A stretch of DNA of 44,408 bases from Oscillospiraceae bacterium (lineage in GTDB: Bacteria; Bacillota; Clostridia; Oscillospirales; Ruminococcaceae): the NCBI GenBank assembly GCA_017547705.1, contig JAFYOZ010000104.1, positions 1 through 44,408 on the forward strand. Direction: 5' to 3'. The position numbers were made by a program, and so were the translations under genes. Shown piece after piece: positions 16,307-25,621 of the stretch (position 1 is its first letter; the number at the start of each line of letters is the position of its first letter). Under the pieces are notes generated by a model, which had not been told where the DNA came from, did no database searches, and saw nothing but the letters and a program-made list of their open reading frames with translations.

Positions 16307-17140
16307 TCAGTTTTCCTCCTCCATAATGCGAACGGCGGTATGAATAAGCGCTTTAAAATCTTCTTTGATGGAAGCGCAGGTTTCATTAACGTCAGAACCG
16401 GAAATTTTTTTATTCTCAACTCCTGCTGCCATGTTGGAAACAACAGAAATTCCAACAACTTTCATGTTGCATGCAGCAGCCATAATAACTTCCGGAACGG
16501 TGCTCATGCCAACAACGTCTGCACCAAGAACACGGAGCATTCTGATTTCCGCCGGAGTTTCAAACTGCGGGCCGGGCATATATGCATAAACGCCCTGCTG
16601 AATTTTCTTTCCGGTTTCGGATTCATATGCTCCCTGAACTCTGTTGCGAAGATATTCGCAATAAGTATCGCTCATATCAAAGAATCTGCTTCCGCCAAGA
16701 ACAGAAGCATCCTCTCCGGTAAGAGGGCCGTCATTAAAGAATTTGATGTGGTCAGAAATAAGAACAAAATCTCCGTTTTTATAAGAGGTATTGATTCCGC
16801 CTGCGGCATTGGTGATGATTATTTTCTCAATTCCCATTGCCTTAAAAACGCCGATGGGATATGCACATTCTTTCATGCTGTTGCCTTCATACTGATGAAG
16901 TCTTCCGTTCATAACCGCAACCGGGATTTTATCAAGATATCCTACAATAAGAACACCTTCGTGGTCGGGGTTTGTGGTGGAATTCCAGCGGGGAATGTTT
17001 TTATAAGGAATTCTTGTTGCGTTTTCAATTTCGGATGCGATAGGATTAAGTCCGCTTCCAAGAATGATAGCAATTTTCGGGCGGATTCTGGTCTGTGCAA
17101 GAATATATTCCGCCGAACCTTTAAACTGATTGTATGTCAT
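16307..17140 (-). CDS. punA: Purine nucleoside phosphorylase (trimeric PNP family)
   Basis: 277-aa ORF with GSGL, GRLHQYEG, TNAAGG, GPQFETPAEIR and GADVVGMSTVPEV motifs. Confidence 0.82.
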   Translation of the reverse strand: MTYNQFKGSAEYILAQTRIRPKIAIILGSGLNPIASEIENATRIPYKNIPRWNSTTNPDHEGVLIVGYLDKIPVAVMNGRLHQYEGNSMKECAYPIGVFKAMGIEKIIITNAAGGINTSYKNGDFVLISDHIKFFNDGPLTGEDASVLGGSRFFDMSDTYCEYLRNRVQGAYESETGKKIQQGVYAYMPGPQFETPAEIRMLRVLGADVVGMSTVPEVIMAAACNMKVVGISVVSNMAAGVENKKISGSDVNETCASIKEDFKALIHTAVRIMEEEN

Positions 17141-17164
17141 TTATACTGCCTCCGCTTTTTGGAT

Positions 17165-17671
17165 TTAGTCAATGTTAATATCGAATTCAAGCTTTTTTGC
17201 GTTGCTTTCTTCTGCAACAACTTCTGCCGGTTCTTCAATGATTTCGCCGTTTTCTTCGATTACGAGAGCGACTTCAACTTCCGGTTCTTCTTCATATTCT
17301 TCATCGGAATATTCTTCGTCATATTCCTCTGCATATTCTTCTTCCCAGTCCTCTTCCTCATCTTCCGGAACATAGGTACCGTTTTTGATAGCGCCGATTT
17401 CTTCATAAATTTCAGCTATGCGGGCAAAATTAAAATCAAGCTCTGCAACAATAGCTTCCATCTCATTCTGAATATCTTCGTCGTTTTTAATTCCGCCATA
17501 AACAAGTTCGCCAAGTTTCTGGTAGTTTTTCTGAATGTTGCCTTTAAGGGTCATTCTTTCAGCTTTGCGTTTGGAAATCTCAAAAGTTTCTTCTGCTTTT
17601 TTGCCAACCTGTTCTGCAACATTTTTTATATCAGAGCCGATTCCTCTGATGAAATCGTCAAATTCGGACAT
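17165..17671 (-). CDS. Small acidic protein of unknown function with an EEY-rich tract
   Basis: Start set at ATG 17669-17671, 8 nt after AAGGAGA. The N-terminal half is helical. The acidic tract is EEDWEEEYAEEYDEEYSDEEYEEE. No family recognised. Confidence 0.7.
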   Translation of the reverse strand: MSEFDDFIRGIGSDIKNVAEQVGKKAEETFEISKRKAERMTLKGNIQKNYQKLGELVYGGIKNDEDIQNEMEAIVAELDFNFARIAEIYEEIGAIKNGTYVPEDEEEDWEEEYAEEYDEEYSDEEYEEEPEVEVALVIEENGEIIEEPAEVVAEESNAKKLEFDINID

Positions 17672-17709
17672 GATAACATTTCTCCTTTTCTGCAAAATAT
17701 TCCTTTTTA

Positions 17710-17738
17710 ATTATATACCTCTAATATATGAAAATCAA
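17710..17738 (-). promoter_or_regulatory. Sigma-A promoter upstream of the acidic protein-punA-mtaD unit
   Basis: Minus strand reads TTGATT (17733-17738), a 17-nt spacer, then TATAAT (17710-17715). Confidence 0.55.
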
Positions 17739-17744
17739 TAAAAA

Positions 17745-18680
17745 TCATCCCACAAATTCTCTAAGAAGCGAATCTTTCGGTAAAAAACCCATCTCCGCTT
17801 CATAAAACGCTTCAAGCTTATGAAAAATCCTCTCCGCTTCCATAAAAAACGGCGAATTTTCGTCTATAACAGAGAGCATTTTCCCGATAATCGGTTTAAT
17901 AAAAGCCGGTTCTGCCTCCATGGAAGTGTTAACTCTGATTTTTGCAGAATCTATATATGGCTCAATGTAAGTCTTCTCGCCGGAAAGAACGCTTTTCCAT
18001 TGAATAAGCGTTTTTTCTGCGCTCCAACCTCTGAAAAGTTCGTCCCTTGATGCCCTTCGGATAAGTCTAATCTCCTCCGGAGAAAAAATCTTCTCCCCAT
18101 CAAGATAATATGAACATTCCGGCTGAATATAGATTCGGATAATTCCGTCCTCAGAAAGATTTTCCGTAAGAAGCGGATTAAGAGCATGTATCCCCTCGAT
18201 AACGATAAGGCTTTTTTCCGATGCCTCAACCCTGTTCCATATATCGCCTCTGCGTTGCTTAGGAAAATCAAAAGTCGGAAAATCCGCATATCCTTCGGAT
18301 AAAAGCTTTCCAAAACATTCGTTTGCAAGAGCAACATCAAGTCCTTTTATGCTCTCCATATCATAAGTTCCGTCTTCATTAACGGGCATATATTTAAATC
18401 CAAGCAAAAAATCATCAAGACCTATGTGCCTTGCTTCTCTGCCTTTTTCCCGAAGCTTTTTGCAAAGTTTTTTTGCAAAAGTCGTTTTTCCGGATGCAGA
18501 CCTTCCGCATATAAGAACGATTCGCAGTTTTTCTCCTGCGGATATAATCTCATCTGCTGTTCTTATAACTTCCCTCTCGATGGAATCCTCGCTTCTTCGG
18601 ATAATTTCCTCCGGCGCTTTTTCAATTTCCGCATTGATTTTTGCAATATCAAAAGCAAATTCAAAGGGGATATCTTGCAT
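17745..18680 (-). CDS. P-loop kinase, uridine kinase/PRK family-like
   Basis: 311-aa ORF with Walker A (ICGRSASGKTTFAKKL) and a nucleoside-kinase-like core. The exact substrate is unknown. Confidence 0.65.
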   Translation of the reverse strand: MQDIPFEFAFDIAKINAEIEKAPEEIIRRSEDSIEREVIRTADEIISAGEKLRIVLICGRSASGKTTFAKKLCKKLREKGREARHIGLDDFLLGFKYMPVNEDGTYDMESIKGLDVALANECFGKLLSEGYADFPTFDFPKQRRGDIWNRVEASEKSLIVIEGIHALNPLLTENLSEDGIIRIYIQPECSYYLDGEKIFSPEEIRLIRRASRDELFRGWSAEKTLIQWKSVLSGEKTYIEPYIDSAKIRVNTSMEAEPAFIKPIIGKMLSVIDENSPFFMEAERIFHKLEAFYEAEMGFLPKDSLLREFVG

Positions 18681-20097
18681 AAAAATCTTTCACCTGTTCT
18701 TTTCTTTCATTCATAAGGTCAAATTTATCAACATATTCATACGTGAATTTAAAGTTAAATATGCGCTCGATTTTTGAACCGTGGGGGTCTTTCATCTTTG
18801 TAACGCCTCCGGCACCGGTTGCAAGAATCGTATGCGTTTCATCCATGATGAATACGTTATATATTCCCTCTTTTCCCGGTTTACAGAATCCGGTGTTTTC
18901 AAGTGCCTCAACAGTACCTTTCTGGCGATAGAGATAATACGGATAATATCCAGCATCATCAAAGCACCTGAAAGCGTGCTCGTTCATTTCATCAACGCTT
19001 TTAGAGAGCATGTTTTGAGCATCGCCAACAAGATTTGCGCTGCGCTTAACCGTAAGAGTATGCAAAGTTATGTTCTCCGGTTCAAGTTCGAGCACGGAGT
19101 CTATGGTTCTTCTGAATTTATCAAAATCATCTCCGGGAAGTCCGGAAATAAGGTCCATGTTTATATTATCGAATCCAAGGCTTCTTGCCATATTGAAAGC
19201 ATTGATAACATCCTTTGCGGTATGTTTTCTTCCAATCTGCTCAAGAACTCCGTCATCCATGCTCTGCGGATTGATACTGATGCGGTCAACCCCGTTTTTC
19301 TTCATAACCAAAAGCTTTTCCGGCGTAATGGTATCCGGTCTTCCTGCCTCAACAGTAAGTTCCATAACCTTTCCAAAATCAAAAGAGCTTCTCGCGGTGC
19401 TCAAAACTTTGTCCATCTGTTCCGCAGTGAGCACCGTTGGTGTTCCGCCGCCCATGTAAACTGTTTCAAGGCGCAGTCCAAGCTCATTCATAAGCTGCGC
19501 AGTATCACGCAGTTCCTCACAAAGAAGGTCAACATACTGTGGAATAAGCTTCGCCGCCTTTTCTATTGCATGTGAAGTGAACGAGCAATAAGAACATCTG
19601 CTCGGACAGAACGGAATGGAAATATACATGCTCACAGATTCTGGCTTAGAAAGTGCACGTATAGCTCTTTCGTGCTCAGCGGTGCTCAAAAGAAGATCCA
19701 GCTTCTCATCGCTGACAAGTCTTTCCTCTTTAAATTTTCTTCTTACCTCTTCGGAAGAAATCCCTCTGTCCATCATGGATAAAGCAAGCTTTACCGGTCT
19801 TATTCCGGTAAGAGTTCCCCATTTTGGAACAATTCCGGTGATTTTTGAAAGGATTTCATAAAGCAGATATTCCATTTTCTGCGCCTTGTTTTCCGTTTCT
19901 TTCGCATTGGAAGAAAGGTCAAAACCGTCCATTTTAACCCTTACGGAAATCTCATCGCCAAAAACTCCGGTATAAATAAAATCATCTTCCGGAATATCTG
20001 CTCCTTCAAATATTTTAAGCTCCCTGCCGCGTAAAAACATGCGGCAGAGAGCTTCTGCTTCATAACGATACGGGTGGGAATCAATTACAAGAATCAT
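18661..20097 (-). CDS. hemZ: Radical SAM coproporphyrinogen dehydrogenase-like protein HemZ
   Basis: 478-aa ORF collinear with B. subtilis HemZ. Shared motifs include KWGTLTGIRPVK, the radical SAM motif CPSRCSYCSF, GGGTPT, VEAGRPDTIT, DRISINPQS and YYLYRQK. Confidence 0.85.
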   Translation of the reverse strand: MILVIDSHPYRYEAEALCRMFLRGRELKIFEGADIPEDDFIYTGVFGDEISVRVKMDGFDLSSNAKETENKAQKMEYLLYEILSKITGIVPKWGTLTGIRPVKLALSMMDRGISSEEVRRKFKEERLVSDEKLDLLLSTAEHERAIRALSKPESVSMYISIPFCPSRCSYCSFTSHAIEKAAKLIPQYVDLLCEELRDTAQLMNELGLRLETVYMGGGTPTVLTAEQMDKVLSTARSSFDFGKVMELTVEAGRPDTITPEKLLVMKKNGVDRISINPQSMDDGVLEQIGRKHTAKDVINAFNMARSLGFDNINMDLISGLPGDDFDKFRRTIDSVLELEPENITLHTLTVKRSANLVGDAQNMLSKSVDEMNEHAFRCFDDAGYYPYYLYRQKGTVEALENTGFCKPGKEGIYNVFIMDETHTILATGAGGVTKMKDPHGSKIERIFNFKFTYEYVDKFDLMNERKEQVKDFYARYPL

Positions 20098-20720
20098 ATT
20101 CCAAGACCCATTGCTTTTCTAAGATAGGGGTTTGCGTATTTTTCGGTTTTAAGGGTGGTATGAGGTCCGTGTGCCGGATAAATCTCATAGTCTCCCTCAA
20201 TAGCTCCGATTTTTTTAAGGGATGCTTTCATATCCCTTGTGGAACCGCCATAAAGGTCGGTTCTTCCATATCCGCGGGAGAAAAGGGTGTCTCCGGTAAA
20301 GATTTTATCCTCAACAAAAATGCATGCACAGCCCTTGGTGTGTCCCGGAGTTGCCATAAATCTAAAAGTAAGGTCATCAAGTTTAACAATATCTCCGTCA
20401 GCAAAAAGCATATCCGGTTTGGTAACAACGCCGATTTCCTTGTTGATAAGGCTCGGATCAAGACAGATATCCTCATCCTCTGCAAGAATAACGGATTTCA
20501 TCTCCGGAAAAGTCTTTTTAAGTCCGTTAACAGCTCCGATATGGTCAAAATGTCCGTGAGTAAGGAGCATGAACTTCGGCTTTGCGCCAAGTTCACGGAT
20601 TTTTGCTGCAATAGCTTCAGCATCAAAACCCGGGTCAATAATAACCGCATGGTTCATATCAGAAGTTACGATATAGCAATTTGTTTTAAGGGGTCCTACT
20701 ACAAGTTCATGAATTTCCAT
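20094..20720 (-). CDS. MBL-fold metallo-hydrolase (glyoxalase II-like)
   Basis: 208-aa ORF with the LLTHGHFDHIGA motif. It overlaps hemZ by 4 nt. Confidence 0.85.
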   Translation of the reverse strand: MEIHELVVGPLKTNCYIVTSDMNHAVIIDPGFDAEAIAAKIRELGAKPKFMLLTHGHFDHIGAVNGLKKTFPEMKSVILAEDEDICLDPSLINKEIGVVTKPDMLFADGDIVKLDDLTFRFMATPGHTKGCACIFVEDKIFTGDTLFSRGYGRTDLYGGSTRDMKASLKKIGAIEGDYEIYPAHGPHTTLKTEKYANPYLRKAMGLGI

Positions 20721-20738
20721 TGTATAATCCTCCCGTTT

Positions 20739-21191
20739 TTATTTCCATTCTTCGGTATCAAGTATTAATGTAACCGGGCCGTCGTTTTGGATATGCACCT
20801 GCATATCTCCTCCAAAAACCCCTGTTCCAACCTTTTGAACACCGTTAAACTTAAGTTTTTTTATAAAATATTCATAAAGCTCGTTGGCCTGAACAGGTCT
20901 CTGAGCATTGATAAACGAAGGTCTTCTTCCGTGTTTACAGTCCGCACAAAGGGTAAAGTTAGAAACAACAATAACCTCTCCGCCAACTTCTTCAAGAGAA
21001 AGATTCATCTTTCCGTTTTCGTCCTCAAAAATACGAAGACCGGCAATTTTTGCGGCAAGAACGTCTGCATCCGCCATCGTATCTTCTTTTGTAACTCCAA
21101 GAAGAACCATAAATCCCTTTCCAATGGAAGAAACGGTCTTTCCCTCACATTCAACAGAAGCGGAAAGAACTCTTTGCAAAACAGCTTTCAT
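20739..21191 (-). CDS. dtd: D-aminoacyl-tRNA deacylase
   Basis: 150-aa ORF (MKAVLQRV...SNFTLCAD...GRRPSF...), located directly downstream of relA as in many Firmicutes. Confidence 0.93.
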   Translation of the reverse strand: MKAVLQRVLSASVECEGKTVSSIGKGFMVLLGVTKEDTMADADVLAAKIAGLRIFEDENGKMNLSLEEVGGEVIVVSNFTLCADCKHGRRPSFINAQRPVQANELYEYFIKKLKFNGVQKVGTGVFGGDMQVHIQNDGPVTLILDTEEWK

Positions 21192-21209
21192 ATATTCAGA
21201 TTCCTTTCA

Positions 21210-23372
21210 TCACATACGAACAACGCTATCAACTCCGCGGATGCGTTTAAGCGCTTCAATGGTGTTTTTAAGCTGCTCAACGCCCTGGGTCTCAATAGTA
21301 AGTCTGACCTCTGCCTGATGATCCGGAAGCTCTCTTGCAAGAAGAGTGTGCATCGGAACATGAAGGTTAGCAACAGTGACGGAAACGTCCGCAACAAATC
21401 CGCTTCTGTCCATACCGTGAACCAATACATTGGTTTTATATGTATCCTTGATATTGTCGCTCCAGCAGGCAGAAACCCATCTTCCATGCTGTTCCTTATC
21501 AAGAAGTCCGTTAACTGCGGTTTTACAGTTGCATGTATGAATCGTAACTCCGGAACCTCTTGTGATAAATCCGACTATATCATCACCCGGAAGGGGGTTA
21601 CAGCAATGTCCGAATTTAACAAGACATCCCTCAAGTCCTTCAACAATAACACCGCTGCTGGCCTTTGGCTTTTTAGCGGGTTTGATGATTTCCTGAATAG
21701 CCTCTTCCGGAGATTTATATTTTTTATTATACTCTTCGCGAACCCAGGGCATAATTCTGGACATGCTGATACCGCCGTATCCAAGAGCCGCATAAAGGTC
21801 TTCAACAGAGTTGCAATGCTGTCGTTTAGCGATTTCTTCGATGAACTCGTTGTGGTCGTGTTCTTCAAGAATAACTCCGTTTTTGCGGAATTCCTTTTCA
21901 AGAAGGATTCTGCCTTCGGCAATATTTTCGTCTCTGCGTTCTTTTTTAAACCAGCTTCTGATTTTTGCCCTTGCGCCGCTTGTTCTTGCAATATTAACCC
22001 AATCACGGCTTGGACCGTGTCCTGCGGCATTAGTGGTCATAATTTCCACTATCATACCGGTTTTAACAACCGTATCAAGCGGAACTATTCTTCCGTTGAT
22101 TTTTGCTCCGGTCATTCTGTTACCGACTGCAGTATGAATCGCATAAGCAAAGTCAACGATAGTAGAGCCAACAGGAAGGTTTATAACGTCGCCTTTTGGT
22201 GTAAATACAAAAACTTCATCAATGGCAATATCCGTCTTGATGGAGCTTACTATATCCTGAACATCGTCAATTTCCTGCTGCTGTTCAAGAAGCTGTCTAA
22301 CCCATGCAAGACGCTCTTCAAGTTTATATTTTCCCTGAATACCTGCTTTATATTTCCAGTGCGCAGCGATACCGTATTCCGCAGTATGATGCATATCCCA
22401 GGTTCTTATCTGAATCTCAAAAGGAATACCTTTTTCATCAATACAGGTCGTATGAAGCGACTGATACATGTTCTGCTTCGGGGTGGAAATATAATCCTTA
22501 AAGCGGTCGGGAATCGGTTTAAATAGGTCATGCATAAGACCGAGAACATAATAACAGTCATAAACCGTATCTACGATAACGCGAACTGCATATACGTCAT
22601 AAATCTCTTCAAAAGATTTTCCAAGGGTATAAATCTTTCGATAAATTCCATAAACGCTCTTTATTCTTCCTGTAAGGGTTGCTTTATATTTTTCGCTGTC
22701 AAGGCGGTCTTTTATCTTTGTCTGGAGATGATCAAGAAAAGCTTTCTGTTCTTCTTTCTGAAGCTCCATTCTCTCCTCAATATCCTTATATCCAACTGGA
22801 TCGAGGATTCTGATGCACCTGTCCTCAAGTTCCTCCATGATTGGACGGATACCGAGTCTATGTGCAAGAGGAGCATATATCTCCATAGTTTCATGTGCGG
22901 TTCTGCGCTGTTTTTCAATAGGTTTTGCGTCTATTGTGCGCATATTATGAAGACGGTCAGCAAGTTTAACGATGATAACACGGACGTCTTTTGCCATTGC
23001 TATCATCATTTTTCTAACGTTTTCTGCCTGTGCTTCCTCTTTGGAAACAAATTTGATTTTGCTGAGCTTTGTAACGCCGTCAACCATGGTTGCAACGTCC
23101 GGACCGAATTCTTTCTGTACCTCTTCAAGGGTAACGGAGGTATCCTCAACAACGTCATGCAAAAGCGCCGCACAGACAGTATCCGTATCCATACCAAGCT
23201 GAACAACAGTAAGCGCCGCCGCAATCGGGTGAATAATATAGGGTTCACCGGTTGCACGTTTCTGATCTCCGTGTGCGCTTCTTGCCATCGCATAAGCCCG
23301 CTCTATTTTTTCAAGGTCATATCCCTTGTTTATGTCTATCGCCTGTCTAAGTTCTTCAAAAAACTCCGGCAT
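21210..23372 (-). CDS. relA: Bifunctional (p)ppGpp synthetase/hydrolase (RelA/SpoT homologue)
   Basis: 720-aa ORF with an HD domain (HPIAAALTV...LHDVVEDT), a RelA/SpoT synthetase core, and TGS and ACT regions. Confidence 0.95.
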   Translation of the reverse strand: MPEFFEELRQAIDINKGYDLEKIERAYAMARSAHGDQKRATGEPYIIHPIAAALTVVQLGMDTDTVCAALLHDVVEDTSVTLEEVQKEFGPDVATMVDGVTKLSKIKFVSKEEAQAENVRKMMIAMAKDVRVIIVKLADRLHNMRTIDAKPIEKQRRTAHETMEIYAPLAHRLGIRPIMEELEDRCIRILDPVGYKDIEERMELQKEEQKAFLDHLQTKIKDRLDSEKYKATLTGRIKSVYGIYRKIYTLGKSFEEIYDVYAVRVIVDTVYDCYYVLGLMHDLFKPIPDRFKDYISTPKQNMYQSLHTTCIDEKGIPFEIQIRTWDMHHTAEYGIAAHWKYKAGIQGKYKLEERLAWVRQLLEQQQEIDDVQDIVSSIKTDIAIDEVFVFTPKGDVINLPVGSTIVDFAYAIHTAVGNRMTGAKINGRIVPLDTVVKTGMIVEIMTTNAAGHGPSRDWVNIARTSGARAKIRSWFKKERRDENIAEGRILLEKEFRKNGVILEEHDHNEFIEEIAKRQHCNSVEDLYAALGYGGISMSRIMPWVREEYNKKYKSPEEAIQEIIKPAKKPKASSGVIVEGLEGCLVKFGHCCNPLPGDDIVGFITRGSGVTIHTCNCKTAVNGLLDKEQHGRWVSACWSDNIKDTYKTNVLVHGMDRSGFVADVSVTVANLHVPMHTLLARELPDHQAEVRLTIETQGVEQLKNTIEALKRIRGVDSVVRM

Positions 23373-23404
23373 TATATTATCGCCTCTTTTTATGAGTTCA
23401 GTTT

Positions 23405-25456
23405 TCAGATATTTCCCCGTTTAAGCTTTTCAAGAAGTCTGGAATCCTCCATGTTTACCTTTCCGGACTGGGGATTAAGGACTATTTCTTCTGCTTTTCC
23501 GTCAAATTTTCTGGTAATAAGTCCCATCTCTTCCATAATATCAAGACAAAGTCTCATCTTGCAGGAATCCATGGAACAATCTTTGTTCTGTCCGGTGATT
23601 CTTCCGAAAAGAACATCTGGTTCACCTTTAAAACCGGTGGAATTTCTGATGAATCTATATACAACAGCAAAGTCATTGCGTTCCGGAATATCCTCTTCCG
23701 GAACAGGCTCGCCTCTTTTATATCCGTCATAAATAAGATTGCCGCTGAAAAGTCTTTCCTGGCTGAGGGAAGAAGGTCTGATATCTCTGATTTTTACAGA
23801 AACCCTTTCTTCGCCGCCATATTCGCTTACTTCACATGTTGCGGCAACGTCAACAATTTCTCCCTGGGTATAGGGGAATTCGTCCTCGGTCATGCCAAAA
23901 TATACAGCATAGAAAACCATTCCGGCCTTCTTAAAACGAAGACGAAGGTGTTTTCCGTTTCCGATAGGATAAATTCCGTCAACAAGAACTTTTCTGAATG
24001 CAAAAACCGGGACTTCGTTGGATGCACCGAAAGGTTCAAGAAGTCGGAGAGAAGAAATATTGTTAACGGTAAGCTCTGCCGGGTCCATAACCTTATCTAT
24101 TTTCTGGGTATAAACCGGCATCTGGAGGAAATTCTTTGCAGCGAACTCGTTAACAGCCTTGCGGAAATCATCGATTTTGTCCGAATCAAGGCTCATACCT
24201 GCAGCAAAAGGATGTCCGCCGTATCTGGTAAGATATGCGGAAGCATAGCTTACAGCGTCTATCATGGAAAATCCTTCAACGCTTCTTGCGGAGCCTCTTG
24301 CTTCTGCTCCGTCGCGGGAAATAAGAACACAGGGTTTTCCGGTTCTTTCAACAACCTTGGAGCATACGATTCCGATTACTCCGTGGTGCCAGCCTTCTCC
24401 GTCAATAACAACAACTCTGTCATTAAGTATATCCGCTCTTTCAAGGAAAAGTGCATCAATATCCGCTGCAATTTCCTGCTCAAGAGCCTGTCTCTGTCTG
24501 TTCTGCTCACAAAGGTCTGCGGCAAGCTGTGCACAAAGCTCCTCGTCCTCGGTGGTAAGAAGCTCCGTAACCTGATATGCAGAGCCAAGTCTTGCTGCGG
24601 AGTTGATTTTCGGTGCAATTCCGAATGCAACCATATCCGCAGTAAGTTTTTTACCTGCAAGACCGGTTTCTTCAAGAAGAGCACGAAGTCCGCAGTTCGG
24701 AGTTTCGCTGATAAGAGAAAGTCCCTGGCGAACAAGGATTCTGTTCTCTCCGGTAAGAGGAACAATATCCGCAACAGTTCCGATGCAGATAAGGTCTGCA
24801 TACTGCTCGATTATTCCCCAGCCGTTATCATTTTCAAGTGCGCAAACAAGTTTAAATGCAACACCGACTCCGGCAAGTTCTTTATAAATTCCCTCGCCGT
24901 CCTCATCTTCTCTATGAGGGTCAACAACCGCAACGGCGTCGGGAAGAATTTCTCTCGGTTTATGGTGGTCGGTAACAACAACGTCGATTCCAAGGAAGGA
25001 AGCATAATCAATTTCATTGATTGCAGAAACGCCGTTATCAACCGTAACGATAAGATCGGTTTCTTTGGATGCGATAAAATCAATGGCACCCTTATTAAGA
25101 CCGTATCCCTCTGTTTCTCTGTCGGGTATATAATACCATACATCACATCCGATGGAAGCAAGATAATCATAGAGAAGAACCGTTGCAGTCATGCCGTCAC
25201 AGTCATAGTCGCCATATACGCAGATTCTTTCTCCTTCATCAAGAGCTTCGTTGATCCTTTGTACCGCTTTGTCCATATCTTTATATGCCATAGGGTCGCT
25301 GAAAGGTATCTCTTTTGCTATAAATTCCTTTGCTTTTGCGGGAGTATCAATTCCTCTTGCAACAAGCACCTCGCTTACAAGCGACGGTACAGAAAGCTCC
25401 TCTTCAATATGTTTTGCTTTACCCGGATTACCGGTCATCAGTTTCCATTTTTTCAT
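23405..25456 (-). CDS. recJ: Single-stranded-DNA-specific exonuclease RecJ
   Basis: DHH motifs (GDYDCDGMT, VTDHHKP) and a DHHA1 domain. Start set at ATG 25454-25456, 7 nt after GGAGG. Confidence 0.92.
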   Translation of the reverse strand: MKKWKLMTGNPGKAKHIEEELSVPSLVSEVLVARGIDTPAKAKEFIAKEIPFSDPMAYKDMDKAVQRINEALDEGERICVYGDYDCDGMTATVLLYDYLASIGCDVWYYIPDRETEGYGLNKGAIDFIASKETDLIVTVDNGVSAINEIDYASFLGIDVVVTDHHKPREILPDAVAVVDPHREDEDGEGIYKELAGVGVAFKLVCALENDNGWGIIEQYADLICIGTVADIVPLTGENRILVRQGLSLISETPNCGLRALLEETGLAGKKLTADMVAFGIAPKINSAARLGSAYQVTELLTTEDEELCAQLAADLCEQNRQRQALEQEIAADIDALFLERADILNDRVVVIDGEGWHHGVIGIVCSKVVERTGKPCVLISRDGAEARGSARSVEGFSMIDAVSYASAYLTRYGGHPFAAGMSLDSDKIDDFRKAVNEFAAKNFLQMPVYTQKIDKVMDPAELTVNNISSLRLLEPFGASNEVPVFAFRKVLVDGIYPIGNGKHLRLRFKKAGMVFYAVYFGMTEDEFPYTQGEIVDVAATCEVSEYGGEERVSVKIRDIRPSSLSQERLFSGNLIYDGYKRGEPVPEEDIPERNDFAVVYRFIRNSTGFKGEPDVLFGRITGQNKDCSMDSCKMRLCLDIMEEMGLITRKFDGKAEEIVLNPQSGKVNMEDSRLLEKLKRGNI

Positions 25457-25505
25457 CCCATAACCTCCGCAAAAACACTCTTCCATTATAAAATATATTT
25501 AAATT

Positions 25506-25534
25506 ATTATAGCACTCTGCGTTTTCTTTTTCAA
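25506..25534 (-). promoter_or_regulatory. Sigma-A promoter of the recJ-relA-dtd-MBL-hemZ-kinase operon
   Basis: Minus strand reads TTGAAA (25529-25534), a 17-nt spacer, then TGcTATAAT (-10 at 25506-25511). Confidence 0.55.
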
Positions 25535-25583
25535 TGGAAACTTACTAAAAAACCCATCTCTCACCAAAATTCCGTATAAAAAG

Positions 25584-25613
25584 AGCGCACCTTGCTTTTC
25601 TGCAAAGTGCGCT
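25584..25613 (-). terminator. Terminator of the acidic membrane protein gene
   Basis: 7-bp stem AGCGCAC/GTGCGCT with a 16-nt loop, followed on the minus strand by CTTTTTAT. Confidence 0.6.
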
Positions 25614-25621
25614 TTGTCTTT

